Shown in pieces: positions 27,974-38,328 of a stretch of 64,000 bases of DNA. The stretch spans positions 62,019-126,018 of the forward strand of contig CAVUHZ010000012.1 in assembly GCA_963741475.1 (NCBI GenBank), read 5' to 3'. A program made the translations under genes and the position numbers. Below the pieces are notes generated by a model. The model did no database searches, had not been told where the DNA came from, and saw nothing but the letters and a program-made list of their open reading frames with translations. This stretch comes from an uncultured Methanobacteriaceae archaeon (lineage in GTDB: Archaea; Methanobacteriota; Methanobacteria; Methanobacteriales; Methanobacteriaceae). How positions within the stretch are numbered: position 1 is the first letter of the stretch; the number at the start of each line of letters is the position of its first letter.

Positions 27974-28240
27974 TTCTATTGGAATATCCTTATTTTTTAC
28001 TTCTTCTCTCTAGATTTGCTGGTCTTTGGTTTTAGATTATCTTTTACCATTAGTTTCACTTCCGATATTATTTAAATCGAAACATAAACTGCTTAAATTA
28101 CCTCAATATATTAACTGATATTATTCTATTAACATTCTATTACATCTTAATACACCATAATTTATAAATTTTAATCTTTAACTAATTTTGGGTTCTTAAA
28201 ATTTTTTTGTGAATCAACAAAAATTATATATATGATCAAT

Positions 28241-28254
28241 TGAACAATGATTCA
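28241..28254. promoter_or_regulatory. Imperfect inverted repeat TGAACAATGATTCA (TGAA-N6-TTCA), candidate ArsR/SmtB operator
   Basis: Lies between a TATA-like AAATTATATATA (about 28221-28232) and the arsR-like start codons at 28247 and 28256. A related TGAATCA sits at 28210-28216, and a perfect TCAATTGA palindrome at 28236-28243. Confidence 0.4.
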
Positions 28255-28619
28255 TATGAAAGGAGGAGAAGGTTGTGAAGTTGATCCTGCAGATGACAGA
28301 TCTATGAGGGAAGTGAGATCTAAAATGTTGGGGGATAAAATTTTCTTTAAGATATCAGAAGACTTTAAAATTTTCAGCGATCCAACGAGGGTTAAAATAC
28401 TCTACGCATTATCATTAAAAGAGATGTGTGTTCGTGAATCTAGCTTCTCTGCTTGAAATGACCGATTCAGCTGTATCACATCAGCTTAGGATAATGAGAA
28501 ACAGTAACCTGGTTAAATTTAAGAAATTGGGTAAAAATGTCTATTATTCACTTAAAGACGAACATATTATAATCATGTTGAAGATGGGAATTGAACACGC
28601 CAAAGAATCATTAAACTAA
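28247..28619 (+). pseudogene. ArsR/SmtB family metalloregulator split by one frame change
   Basis: ORF 28247-28456 ends ...DPTRVKILYALSLKEMCV then goes out of frame. ORF 28428-28619 continues ...NLASLLEMTDSAVSHQLRIMRNSNLV... (the recognition helix). Removing one base at about 28430-28433 restores a single protein of about 120 aa. Confidence 0.8.
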
Positions 28620-28630
28620 AGGGTGAGCTA

Positions 28631-29542
28631 TTGGAAAATAACATTGAAAGGGAAAAAATCGGGAAAAAAGCATCTGCTGTTGCCATATTCGGAAATATTA
28701 TACTAACAGCATTCAACTTCACTGTAGGGATTACATCCGGAAGTAGTGCACTTGTGGCTGAATCAGCACATACATTATCGGATGTTTTAACCTCTGTAAT
28801 TGCCTTTATTGGCTTTAAAATTGGAATGAAACCCGCTGATGAGGATCATCAATATGGACATGGACGGGCCGAACCCCTGGTAGGAATGGTTATAGTTATT
28901 TTCTTATTGATAGTCGCTTATGAAATACTGTCAGGCGTTTACTTTAAATTTACATCGGACACTGCCCTGGTACCTCCAGACATTATTGCTGCTTTCATGG
29001 CATTAATCGGTATTTTCGTAAATTTAATCATGACCACCTACCTCATAAGATCTGGGAAAAGAATAAACAGTCCAGCCATAATCGCCGATGGTCAGCATCA
29101 AAAGGTGGACATATTCTCATGTTTTGCGATTCTTGTCGGAGTAATAGGATCCCAGTTAGGATATCCATTTTTAGATCCGTTAGTGGCAGTTTTCATTGGA
29201 TTGTTGGTTGTTAAAACAGCGTTGGAACTTGGACGCGACAATGTGAACATCATAATGGGAAAAATACCTTCAGAGACCATTTTATTTGAGGTTGAATATT
29301 CTGCAAAAAAGGTTAAGGATGTTAAAGGTGTACACAGTGTAAAAATTAATCCAATGGGTTCCTATTCATCGGCAGAGATTCATATTGAAGTTGATGGAGA
29401 ACTAAAATTGAAGGATGCCCATGATATTGCCCATAATGTTGAAAAACAGATACTGAACGATGTACCCGCTATCCAAATGGCCATAATCCATGTTTGCCCA
29501 TTTGAAGAGGAATGTGAGACAGATATATTAAAAATTGATTAA
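28631..29542 (+). CDS. Cation diffusion facilitator (CDF) family metal efflux transporter
   Basis: Contains SALVAESAHTLSDV, HQYGHGRAEP and a C-terminal cytoplasmic domain. TTG start 11 nt after the arsR-like stop. Confidence 0.9.
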   Translation: MENNIEREKIGKKASAVAIFGNIILTAFNFTVGITSGSSALVAESAHTLSDVLTSVIAFIGFKIGMKPADEDHQYGHGRAEPLVGMVIVIFLLIVAYEILSGVYFKFTSDTALVPPDIIAAFMALIGIFVNLIMTTYLIRSGKRINSPAIIADGQHQKVDIFSCFAILVGVIGSQLGYPFLDPLVAVFIGLLVVKTALELGRDNVNIIMGKIPSETILFEVEYSAKKVKDVKGVHSVKINPMGSYSSAEIHIEVDGELKLKDAHDIAHNVEKQILNDVPAIQMAIIHVCPFEEECETDILKID

Positions 29543-29687
29543 TGAAAATAGCTTTTAGATTTTTATCAATTGAAAATAATTTGCTTTAAGGGTATCCTTG
29601 TAATATTTTAACAATTTTAGGAAAGATTATAAGATTTATGAACTGATTAATGTTTAAATCCCATTCAGCTCTAAAAAATGCAATCTA

Positions 29688-29927
29688 TCAGCTAAAAATT
29701 CGAGAACCAGTCCTTCTATCCTCAAATGGAACCATCTTTTTCTCAAGGAGGTTCAATAACTCGGTAATACTTCTAGCTGAATAAGGTCCTGTCTGTACAT
29801 CCATGAGTAAAATATCCCTTTTACCCGCTTCTTTTAATGGAATAATCATGACTGAAGCCCATATATCACCATTATCATCTTTCAAATCCATGGTGAATGA
29901 TAAATTATCTTCAGTATTATATTTCAT
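29688..29927 (-). CDS. Hypothetical protein
   Basis: 79-aa ORF with no family recognised. Confidence 0.3.
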   Translation of the reverse strand: MKYNTEDNLSFTMDLKDDNGDIWASVMIIPLKEAGKRDILLMDVQTGPYSARSITELLNLLEKKMVPFEDRRTGSRIFS

Positions 29928-30269
29928 CTTAACAACACCTTAATACACTCCATGATCATTTTAATAAATATAGTTTTCTGTATATCCTCACTGAAAATTT
30001 TAAAATAATATATCAATATTTAATTTTCTTAAGTGTATGGTAGCGGTTTTACCTAATTATATAAAATAATCCATTAGATCATTATTGAATCTAAAAATTT
30101 ATTTGAATATTTAGAATATAGAAATCTAAAGATTAAAATATGATAAGATACTTAATAATATATTGAATTAAAGCAAGTCAGAATAACAAGCAATTAATGG
30201 CATGATTAAGTGCTTAATATCTCATAGTACACTGAAAAATATTTATGATTCCAAATTCAAGGAGTGTGT

Positions 30270-32303
30270 ATGACGGAAATCTACGGAGTATATGCCATAT
30301 TATTATTAATATCCACTATTATTAACTTATATCTAGCCTTTTACAGCTGGAATAAGCGTTCAAATCCAAATTCATTCTATTTTTCACTTTTAATGGTTTC
30401 GGTTTCAATTTGGTCCATTACAGGTGCCTTTGAAATGGCGTCCATAGCTGTGTCCACCAAAGTATTATGGTCACAGATAAGCTACCTTGGAATAGTCTTT
30501 GTAGGACCCCTTTGGCTATTATTTACTCTTAGCTACACAGCTAATGAAAATTGGCTAAAAAAGAAATTTATACCCCCATTAATGATTGTACCTGCAATTA
30601 TCCTGCTCTTAGTTGCAACCAATCAAGTGTTCGGACTTATTTGGCCCACTATCATCCTTAGTTCAAATCAGCCAGGTGCACTCATCATATATGAACATGG
30701 ATTGGGATTTTATTTAAATGCCGCCTACACCTACATACTGATGTTTATTGGTATCATGTTACTTATAAAGAGTTTAATTCGCAGCCCCAAAATATATGAA
30801 AAACAGATATTTATGGTTATTATTGCTGCAACAATACCATTTTTGGCCAACGCCATCTACATAAGTCATTTAAGCCCGGTTCAAGGTCTGGACATAACAC
30901 CATTCGCATTTACAATATCAGGAATAATCATAGCGTGGAGCATTTACAAGTTCAAAATGCTTGACATTGTTCCTTTGGCATACAATAACCTCTTCGATAA
31001 GCTGAGCACAGGTGTGCTGGTAATAGATTCACAGAAGAGGATCGTTGACATTAACCCTGCAGCAGAAAATATTTTAAATATTAAGCAGAAGGTGGTTGGA
31101 AGTTCTGTGGAAGAAAATCTGTACCATTTCCATGATCTTTTCCCAATCAACCATATAAAATCCGAGGTAAAAGTTGAAATTAAAACAGACAAGCCGTCGG
31201 ACATGTGGCTGGATCTTCAGATCGCACCTCTAGATAAAAAAGGTCAACTGTTAGGATGGTTAATAACATTCAGGGATATCAGTGCACGTAAAAAAACAGA
31301 GAGTGACTTGAGGCAATCAGAAAAAGAATACAAGGATCTTGTGGATAATGCATTGGTGGGAATATACAAAACAGATCTGAAGGGTAATATATTGTTTTCA
31401 AACGATGCACTGGCCCATATTTTCGGATACACTTCCAAAGAGGATATTAAAAGGATAAATATACAGACAAGATATAAAAATTTAGAAGACAGAGAATTCA
31501 TTATTAAAATTTTAAAGGAAAAAGGAATATTAGAGGAATATGAAGTCGAGCTCCTGAAAAAAACAGGAGAAACCATGAACATCTTGCTAAGTGCAAGCTT
31601 GGATGGTGAAATTATATCCGGGATGATTATAGATATAACCGAAAATAAAAAAGCGGAAGAACAGATTAAACATTCACTCCATGAGAAGGAAATGCTTTTA
31701 AAGGAAATTCATCACAGGGTCAAAAATAATTTAATGGTTATTTCTAGTCTTTTAAACCTCCAGTCGCGTTATATTAAAGATGAAGCATCAAAAAATATTT
31801 TTAAGGAAAGCCAGAACCGTGCCAGATCAATGGCCCTAATACATGAATTACTTTACAAATCGACCGATCTTAAGCGTATAAACTTTGGAAACTACATAAA
31901 AACCATAGCAAATGAGCTTTTTCGTATGTATGTGACTGATCAAAGCATTATAAAATTGAATTTGGATATTGAGGATGTAATGGTAGATATAAACACTGCC
32001 ATTCCATTGGGACTTATAGTAAACGAACTGATATCAAACTCGATGAAACATGCATTTCCCGATGGAAGAAGCGGAATAGTTGATATAATATTCACATCGG
32101 ATAATGGAAATTATTCCCTGGTGGTTTCAGATAATGGTGTGGGATTTTCTGATGAAAAGGATTTTAGAGACACCGATACCTTGGGTTTAAAAATTGTAAA
32201 TAGTCTAACCGAACAAATTGACGGAACAATAAGACTTGATAAAATTAACGGAACTAAATTCACCATTGAATTTAAAGAATACTACGAAGAGGGCGTTGAA
32301 TGA
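30270..32303 (+). CDS. Membrane sensor histidine kinase (7TM N-terminal sensor, two PAS, HisKA_2, HATPase_c)
   Basis: About seven N-terminal TM helices. PAS segments are followed by the H-box [20 protein letters not shown] and by [15 protein letters not shown]...[11 protein letters not shown] at 30270 lies 5 nt after AAGGAG. Confidence 0.85.
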   Translation: MTEIYGVYAILLLISTIINLYLAFYSWNKRSNPNSFYFSLLMVSVSIWSITGAFEMASIAVSTKVLWSQISYLGIVFVGPLWLLFTLSYTANENWLKKKFIPPLMIVPAIILLLVATNQVFGLIWPTIILSSNQPGALIIYEHGLGFYLNAAYTYILMFIGIMLLIKSLIRSPKIYEKQIFMVIIAATIPFLANAIYISHLSPVQGLDITPFAFTISGIIIAWSIYKFKMLDIVPLAYNNLFDKLSTGVLVIDSQKRIVDINPAAENILNIKQKVVGSSVEENLYHFHDLFPINHIKSEVKVEIKTDKPSDMWLDLQIAPLDKKGQLLGWLITFRDISARKKTESDLRQSEKEYKDLVDNALVGIYKTDLKGNILFSNDALAHIFGYTSKEDIKRINIQTRYKNLEDREFIIKILKEKGILEEYEVELLKKTGETMNILLSASLDGEIISGMIIDITENKKAEEQIKHSLHEKEMLLKEIHHRVKNNLMVISSLLNLQSRYIKDEASKNIFKESQNRARSMALIHELLYKSTDLKRINFGNYIKTIANELFRMYVTDQSIIKLNLDIEDVMVDINTAIPLGLIVNELISNSMKHAFPDGRSGIVDIIFTSDNGNYSLVVSDNGVGFSDEKDFRDTDTLGLKIVNSLTEQIDGTIRLDKINGTKFTIEFKEYYEEGVE

Positions 32304-32361
32304 ATAATTTATAACTATCGTTTGTTGAATAAATTAAAAATTTGTAGAGGTGTAAGTGTAT

Positions 32362-32673
32362 ATGACAATAAGGGTGAGAAATGAAAATATGTGGGAACGT
32401 GAAGAAGATGAATTTGTAGAATACGTTGGAAAAGGTTCTGTTCTTGAAAATCCTTATACCAGTGGGTGCAGAAGAAAATTGAAGGATCAGTACAAAAAAT
32501 ATCTCCTTGAACTTTCAGTTGACAGCCCAGAATGGCAGAGAATTCTTGAATTAAAGAAAATGCATGAAAATGGAGAAGATTTAAATCTGCTCTGTTCATG
32601 CTATCCTGACCCCTGTCATTCAAACATTATCAGTGATGCTATAACAGGTAAGATCAATCCAAAAAAGAAGTAG
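32362..32673 (+). CDS. DUF4326-like protein
   Basis: The C-terminus LNLLCSCYPDPCHSNIISDAI matches the DUF4326 CxC-x3-CH motif as I remember it. ATG at 32362 follows GAGGTG. Confidence 0.5.
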   Translation: MTIRVRNENMWEREEDEFVEYVGKGSVLENPYTSGCRRKLKDQYKKYLLELSVDSPEWQRILELKKMHENGEDLNLLCSCYPDPCHSNIISDAITGKINPKKK

Positions 32674-32831
32674 AACATCAATATAGTTAATTGATGGTGA
32701 TAAAATCGTATTAGAGATCACCATCTCCGAATAAATTTATTAATACTAAAAAATCCGATCATAATACTATCCATATTTATCATATGATCATCGAGATTAT
32801 AATAAATATATAAATCTTTTTTTGAACATGT

Positions 32832-33287
32832 TCAGTAACCATTTAACGTAGCGTTTAGCTCTGTTTTAATATCTGAATCAATGTCATTGAATGAATTTAT
32901 TCGTATTAATATATCCTGTTTCGTTATATTACCCGTTAAAATATCTTTTCGAGCATTTGACAATTTATTAAGGGTGTTTATGGTTATTTCTCGGTTTTTT
33001 ATAACTGCATTTAATTGTTTATCCATTTCCTCAGGGGATATAACACCTTCACTGTACTTCGCCTTTATATCCAATACTTGGGAATCGTATAGTGAATTAA
33101 AATAATTAACTAATACGTTATTTTGTCTGTCCATTGATTCAACAAAATTCTGCCCATCTTTATCATCTTCGAAGGTAATAATACCATCACTACCCGATAT
33201 TTCATGCGTGAAGAATAAAAAAGATAGTCCAATTACCAATAGAGCTGCAGCAATAAGCGAACAAAATTTTCTATTTTTGAAATTCAT
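32832..33287 (-). CDS. Membrane-anchored hypothetical protein
   Basis: 151 aa. One N-terminal TM/signal anchor (CSLIAAALLVIGLSFLFF) followed by a helical ectodomain. Confidence 0.4.
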   Translation of the reverse strand: MNFKNRKFCSLIAAALLVIGLSFLFFTHEISGSDGIITFEDDKDGQNFVESMDRQNNVLVNYFNSLYDSQVLDIKAKYSEGVISPEEMDKQLNAVIKNREITINTLNKLSNARKDILTGNITKQDILIRINSFNDIDSDIKTELNATLNGY

Positions 33288-33503
33288 TATAATTTTCTTT
33301 GAATTAAATAATTATTAAGTTTAATGTATTGCAAATTTTAGAAGAAAAATTAGGTAAATTTATATATTCAATTCAACGATCTTTATTAGGTTTAAAAATT
33401 CAGAAGACAGATATCACACGTTAATCTTCAAATGTGGATTGGAGATAATTTACTATATAAGCTAATATTTTAATTGCATATACGAGGGGTGGGATAAATA
33501 TAT

Positions 33504-34155
33504 GTGATAATTTTAGGTGGTGGAAGAGTAGGTTTAACCCTTGCTTCAGCTCTGATAAAGGCTAGTTTTGATGTAACACTGATTGAAAGGGATCCTGAAC
33601 TCTGTGGTAGCGCGGCTAGCGAACTCGATGGTCTTGTTATATGTGGTAATGGAACAGATGTGAAAACACTGGAAGAGGCCAATATAGCCGATGCAGATGC
33701 ATTTGTTGCTGCAACAGGGAACGACGAAGTTAACCTACTTGCATGCATACTGGTCAAGGATTTCAATCCCAAAAAGCTCATCGCACGTATAAGTGACCCT
33801 GCACATGAAGATGCCTTCAGAAAGGTAGGTATAGATGCAACTGTAAGTCCTGAGCTCACAGCCGCCAGCTACCTTGAAAAACTTATAATCAGACCAAAAA
33901 TTGCAGATATGGTTATACTTGGTAAGGGTAACGCAGAATTACTTGGATATTCCTGTAGAAAATAAGAAGGTTATAGGCAAAAAAATTGGTGATATAAGCC
34001 CCACCAAGGAGTATATAATCTGTGCAATTTATAAAGGTCCAGAAAATGAGATTATCATCCCAGAACCAGACATGATTCTAGAAGAGGGTAATAAAATATC
34101 AATTCTCATAAAAACCAAATCCATAAAAAAAGTTATGAAAATGTTCATTGAATAA
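33504..34155 (+). pseudogene. trkA: TrkA-type K+ transport NAD-binding protein (TrkA_N plus TrkA_C) split by one frame change
   Basis: ORF 33504-33965 carries the Rossmann motif [12 protein letters not shown] 33901-34155 carries the TrkA_C part ([17 protein letters not shown]...ILEEGNKISIL). Removing one base at 33943-33946 (CTTGGA) gives ...[14 protein letters not shown].... Confidence 0.85.
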
Positions 34156-34455
34156 TTGAAGAAAATACATCCTTTAGTCCTATTTATAGGTTAAAATATT
34201 TGAATTCTATTGTTCATTACACAAGATACATGTAAATACTCACCCTTGTAATGCTTGTATCCGTACTGGTTGTATTATATATGGCGAATACAACATATCC
34301 CCGATAATAAATTAGTTACATATTATTGCTGGGATAATTTGAATCACTTTTTTTAAGAAAATGAATATTTAGAAAAATTATTCGGAAATTTCTAATAATA
34401 ATTATCAATGAAATTAACAAATTTTTCATAAAATATGTTAAAAAAATAGGTGAAA

Positions 34456-35253
34456 TTAAATTATCGAGAAGTACTTCATAAATTCTAGACATACAAAAAA
34501 GGTAAGTGTGATTCCAATAAAACTGAAGTCCTTTAATCCCAGTTTTTCATTGGCAGTATAGATTTCGGAATTTTCTGAATATCCCCTGCTTAACATGCTG
34601 AAGTACACTGTTTCACCCCTTTCATATGAACGGAGGAACATCATGGCTATGGTGTAGGCCAGCTGTTTCATCCTCCACATATAAGTGGTTTTTTTGTTGA
34701 ATATATGAAAGTTTCTGCTTCTCTGAGCGTGGAGTATCCGTTGGAGTTCATCGTAGAACATAAAAAGGTACCTGATAAAAAGGCTGAATATCATGGCAAA
34801 TTCCCTTGGCATACCGAGTCTTCTAAAGGAGTTCACCACTTCTTGCATGGGACTTAACGAGGATAATATGACTATACATGTTAGGGAAACAATCAATCTG
34901 GACATTAAAAGCACTCCAAACATAAGACCTTCCTGTGTGACATGTATTCCCAATGGTCCTGTGTAAATAATAGTACCCGCGAGTACAAATGGCTGGAAAA
35001 GAGCCACGGCCCCTCCAAATGGTAGAATGAACAGTACTCTTTTGAAAGATTCTTTAAATGAAAGATGGGATACTGCTATCATGGCAATAAGATATACTTC
35101 CATCATTAGTAGAACTATAAGATCGGTTGTGTAGACAGCGTAAACTATGATTAAGAGTAAAATGATTAGTTTAACTCTTCCGTCCAGGGTATGAAGAACA
35201 CTTGAGTTCATGGTATGCTTTTCAAGTTTATTAACCGATCCTGCTCCGTTCAT
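34456..35253 (-). CDS. cbiQ: Cobalt/nickel ECF transporter T component
   Basis: 265 aa, polytopic. Contains LDGRVKLIILL at the N-terminus and the ARxxR-type motif HAQRSRNF. Follows cbiN. Confidence 0.85.
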   Translation of the reverse strand: MNGAGSVNKLEKHTMNSSVLHTLDGRVKLIILLLIIVYAVYTTDLIVLLMMEVYLIAMIAVSHLSFKESFKRVLFILPFGGAVALFQPFVLAGTIIYTGPLGIHVTQEGLMFGVLLMSRLIVSLTCIVILSSLSPMQEVVNSFRRLGMPREFAMIFSLFIRYLFMFYDELQRILHAQRSRNFHIFNKKTTYMWRMKQLAYTIAMMFLRSYERGETVYFSMLSRGYSENSEIYTANEKLGLKDFSFIGITLTFFVCLEFMKYFSII

Positions 35254-35327
35254 GATTTTCCCATTTCCTTTGATTTAGTATAATGTCCATAAAATTTATA
35301 CCCAAAAAAATAAAGGGGTAAAATAAT

Positions 35328-35627
35328 TTATTTGGATGCTTCTGGTGGATTTCTTCTCCTGATTAGAATAGCCACAATATATGCGATTGCAAAGGTTAAC
35401 AAAATTCCTATTATCAGTGCTGCTATTTCCCCATATTTTCCTAATGGTTCATACGTGTAATCAGGTAGTGGTGATTCAATAACTGGAGTATCCTCTGTAG
35501 TGGCTATTTGTTCAGCTGTCTTTTCAAGCCCATCCGGATCTGGAGAGGCTATGAAAGGTGCTAGAACTCCTATTATCAGACAGATGATGACCGCTATAAT
35601 TATCAGGTTTCTATCCTTTGGTCTCAT
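35328..35627 (-). CDS. cbiN: Cobalt transport protein CbiN
   Basis: 99 aa, two TM helices flanking an acidic loop. Lies 2 nt downstream of cbiM. Confidence 0.8.
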   Translation of the reverse strand: MRPKDRNLIIIAVIICLIIGVLAPFIASPDPDGLEKTAEQIATTEDTPVIESPLPDYTYEPLGKYGEIAALIIGILLTFAIAYIVAILIRRRNPPEASK

Positions 35628-35629
35628 TT

Positions 35630-36292
35630 TTATGCCTCACTTCCTTCGGTTTTCTCACCAATTCCTTTGATCCTATTCCATGCCAATAGATCGGGTCTTG
35701 TCCTTTCAAGGGCCAGTATAACAACCACAGTAAGAATACCTTCTATAATACCAATTACAGCATGATAGGAACCCATTAGTAATAGTCCTGCTCCTAATGG
35801 GAAGGTTCCAGCTATCCAAAGTTCCACTGCAACTAGTTCCGCTCCTAGGAATATGGAAAGCCATGAAGCAATGAATATGGCAGGTATTTTACCTACAGGT
35901 TTTCTTAAGGCTTTGAATGAGTAAAGTCCCACTACACCTCCAACAATTCCCATGTTAAAGATGTTTGCACCCAAGGCGGTTATCCCCCCATCTCCAAAGA
36001 ACAGAGCCTGTGCCAGGAGTACTAATGTAAATATAATAACTGCTGCTTCTGGGGCACAGAATATTATTGCGACAAGTGCACCTCCAACCATATGTCCACT
36101 TGCCCCCATTGGAGTTGGAATATTTATGGACATGATAGCGAATATACCTGCAGCTAAAACTGCCATCAAAGGTACCATTTTTTCGTCAAGATTCTTTTTT
36201 GCCCAGTTAAGAGAGAAATACAGTGCTATGATCACTATAATATAATATATTGCACATTGCAACAAAGGTATAAATCCATCGGGTATATGCAT
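35630..36292 (-). CDS. cbiM: Cobalt/nickel ECF substrate-capture component CbiM
   Basis: Has the invariant N-terminus MHIPDGF plus ...[16 protein letters not shown].... Confidence 0.9.
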   Translation of the reverse strand: MHIPDGFIPLLQCAIYYIIVIIALYFSLNWAKKNLDEKMVPLMAVLAAGIFAIMSINIPTPMGASGHMVGGALVAIIFCAPEAAVIIFTLVLLAQALFFGDGGITALGANIFNMGIVGGVVGLYSFKALRKPVGKIPAIFIASWLSIFLGAELVAVELWIAGTFPLGAGLLLMGSYHAVIGIIEGILTVVVILALERTRPDLLAWNRIKGIGEKTEGSEA

Positions 36293-36540
36293 TTAAATCC
36301 TCCTTTTATTTTTATTGAACGGCAAAAGCTTATAAATGTATCACATGGTAATACTATGCCACGTTTTTAAGGGAAGAATGTAATACCTCTTTAAACTCGC
36401 TTTAACGCCTTTAAATCATACTAATAGTATCAATTATTATCATATAAATGTATAGGTTGGTATTACTGAATTGTATTATCAGTACTTAAATTTATTACAT
36501 TTTTATTACTAAACTAAGAAATTTTAAGAAAAACATTAAT

Positions 36541-37005
36541 AAACGATGGTCCCGCAGTTACAAGTGTTTTAGCAACTATAATTCTGGTTTCCAATTGCTT
36601 GTAATTGCACATGACGGTATAACAATCCTTGGTGCCAACATTTTTTCAATGGGTTTAAGTTGGTACATTTGTGGCATGTTGTGTACAAAGAGCAGACAAG
36701 TCCGTTGTCCACATGTCCAAGTAGTATTTTTTGCAGCATTTTTCGGAGACCTTTTGATCTACGTTAACAACTGTTACACAGCTTTCATTGGCATTTCCAA
36801 TACCTACATTCGGTGCTGCGTTTTTGAAGTTCATAATAGTGTTCGCATACACACAAATGCAGTTGCAGAGGGTTATTTAACCATGATAATATTTGATTAC
36901 ATTCTCAAAATCAAACCGGATATATTGAGAAAACTGAAGATAGTTGTTACAGTGGAAAACAGAAATCATTTAAGAATTAAATTTCAATTCAAAAAATTGG
37001 AATAA
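36541..37005 (+). pseudogene. 5'-truncated, degraded cbiM-like gene remnant
   Basis: ORF 36595-37005 reads ...HDGITILGANIFSMGL... and ...AVAEGYLTMIIFDYILKIKPDIL.... These parallel Cbi[17 protein letters not shown] and [24 protein letters not shown]. The MHIPDGF N-terminal half is missing and the middle is Cys-rich and non-membrane-like. Confidence 0.45.
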
Positions 37006-37400
37006 GAACAATTATAGGGCATCGTTGATACATTTGAGCGAAATGATTAGATGCCCTATTTTAATTAATTTAACTTGTAGGGATCCGCTTTTTATTAGCT
37101 TGAATCCCTACTTGTTAATGCGTCGGAGTTGTATGGCTGTCAAATTAATAAATTTTTTCCGAATTCAATAATATAGTAATACTAAATTCAGATTTGTTCT
37201 TATCAATAATTAAATACTCTTTTTTTATATTTAATATTTTCCCTAATATTACTTTTTAGGCTATATTAAGACTATTTGTAATAACAAATGATGAAAAATC
37301 AACCTATTAAATAATAAAATTAACCCTGAACCGTAGATAGGAAATAAATTAGAATAAATGAATACCAAAATGTAAAAAAATGACTTAGGAAAAATAAAAC

Positions 37401-38210
37401 CTATGCAAGGGCTACGCTCAGTACCATCATCAGTGCAAAACCTAGCATTGCAAAAAGAGTTGCAATGTCTGTGTTTCCACCGCCCTGACACTCGGGGATA
37501 AGATCTTCTATGGTCACGAATATCATTGCACCTGCAGCAAATCCAAGTGCATATGGAAGAATGGGCTGGAATACTGTAACTAGAAGTACCCCCGTCAGTC
37601 CTGCGATTGGTTCCACAAGACCTGACAGCTGTCCGTAAAAGAAACTTTTCCTCTTGGAGAGTCCCTCGGCACGAAGTGGTACCGAAGCGGCTATTCCCTC
37701 TGGAAAGTTTTGTATTCCGATACCAACTGCTAGTGCAATTGCACCGGCCAGGGTTGTTGCACCGAAGTTTGAAAATGCTGCTCCAAACGCAACACCAACA
37801 GCAAGACCTTCGGGAATATGATGCAGGGTGAGAGCAAGAACCAGAAGTCTGTTACGCTGCCATGTTGTCTGGATACCTTCAACCTCGTCAATAGGACATC
37901 CCGGGTGCAAATGTGGGAGGATTTTGTCAACAATCCATAAAACAAAACCACCCAAAAGGAAACCAAATGTAACAGGAAACCAGGCTGGAAGGCCGTTATT
38001 ATGGCTCATTGCAATTCCAGGGATTAGAAGTGACCAAAAACTTACAGATATCATCACACCGGCTGCAAATCCCAGAGATCCGTCAAGTATCTTCCGGTTC
38101 ATCTTTCGTACAAGAAATACAGTCGATGCGCCCAGAGCAACAGATAACCAAGTAAATGTTGTTGCAAGGAGTGTAATTGTAACAGGGTTTAGTGATCCAA
38201 TGTCTACCAT
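37401..38210 (-). CDS. ZIP family divalent metal transporter (ZupT-like)
   Basis: 269 aa with LALTLHHIPEGLAVG and GIGIQNFPEG signature helices. Confidence 0.85.
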   Translation of the reverse strand: MVDIGSLNPVTITLLATTFTWLSVALGASTVFLVRKMNRKILDGSLGFAAGVMISVSFWSLLIPGIAMSHNNGLPAWFPVTFGFLLGGFVLWIVDKILPHLHPGCPIDEVEGIQTTWQRNRLLVLALTLHHIPEGLAVGVAFGAAFSNFGATTLAGAIALAVGIGIQNFPEGIAASVPLRAEGLSKRKSFFYGQLSGLVEPIAGLTGVLLVTVFQPILPYALGFAAGAMIFVTIEDLIPECQGGGNTDIATLFAMLGFALMMVLSVALA

Positions 38211-38328
38211 GTAAATCTATTTGTTCATGGTTTTATTTAAAGTAAAAATATTGAATTATGTAATTTTTCAACGATTACAATATCTAAAACCTAAATAGTA
38301 TATCAATAAAACATGCCAATATTAACTC

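Noticed and set aside
33470-33859. Long antisense or alternative-frame ORFs within trkA (33470-33859), rpiA (48433-48954), cofC (53424-53846), egsA (49865-50275, 50495-50806), the Rph-like gene (9499-9801) and others in the track.
   Set aside because: Each lies wholly inside a gene with strong family motifs, and each has low-complexity Ser/Pro/Leu-rich composition with no start context.
20552-34155. Whether the split genes (arcC, kinase, arsR, trkA) reflect selenocysteine or pyrrolysine recoding, or programmed frameshifting.
   Set aside because: The junctions are frame changes, not in-frame TGA/TAG codons. No slippery-heptamer plus structure signals are evident. The sites are plain short homopolymers in unrelated genes.
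36293-36440. A cobalamin or other riboswitch in the cbiM leader.
   Set aside because: No conserved B12-box-like or structured G+C-rich core is visible. Such riboswitches are not established in archaea of this group.
37607-38214. Three 74-128-aa ORFs overlapping the ZIP transporter gene on both strands.
   Set aside because: They are alternative-frame shadows of a locally G+C-richer gene, Arg/Pro/Ser-rich and without motifs. The ZIP frame has clear family signatures.
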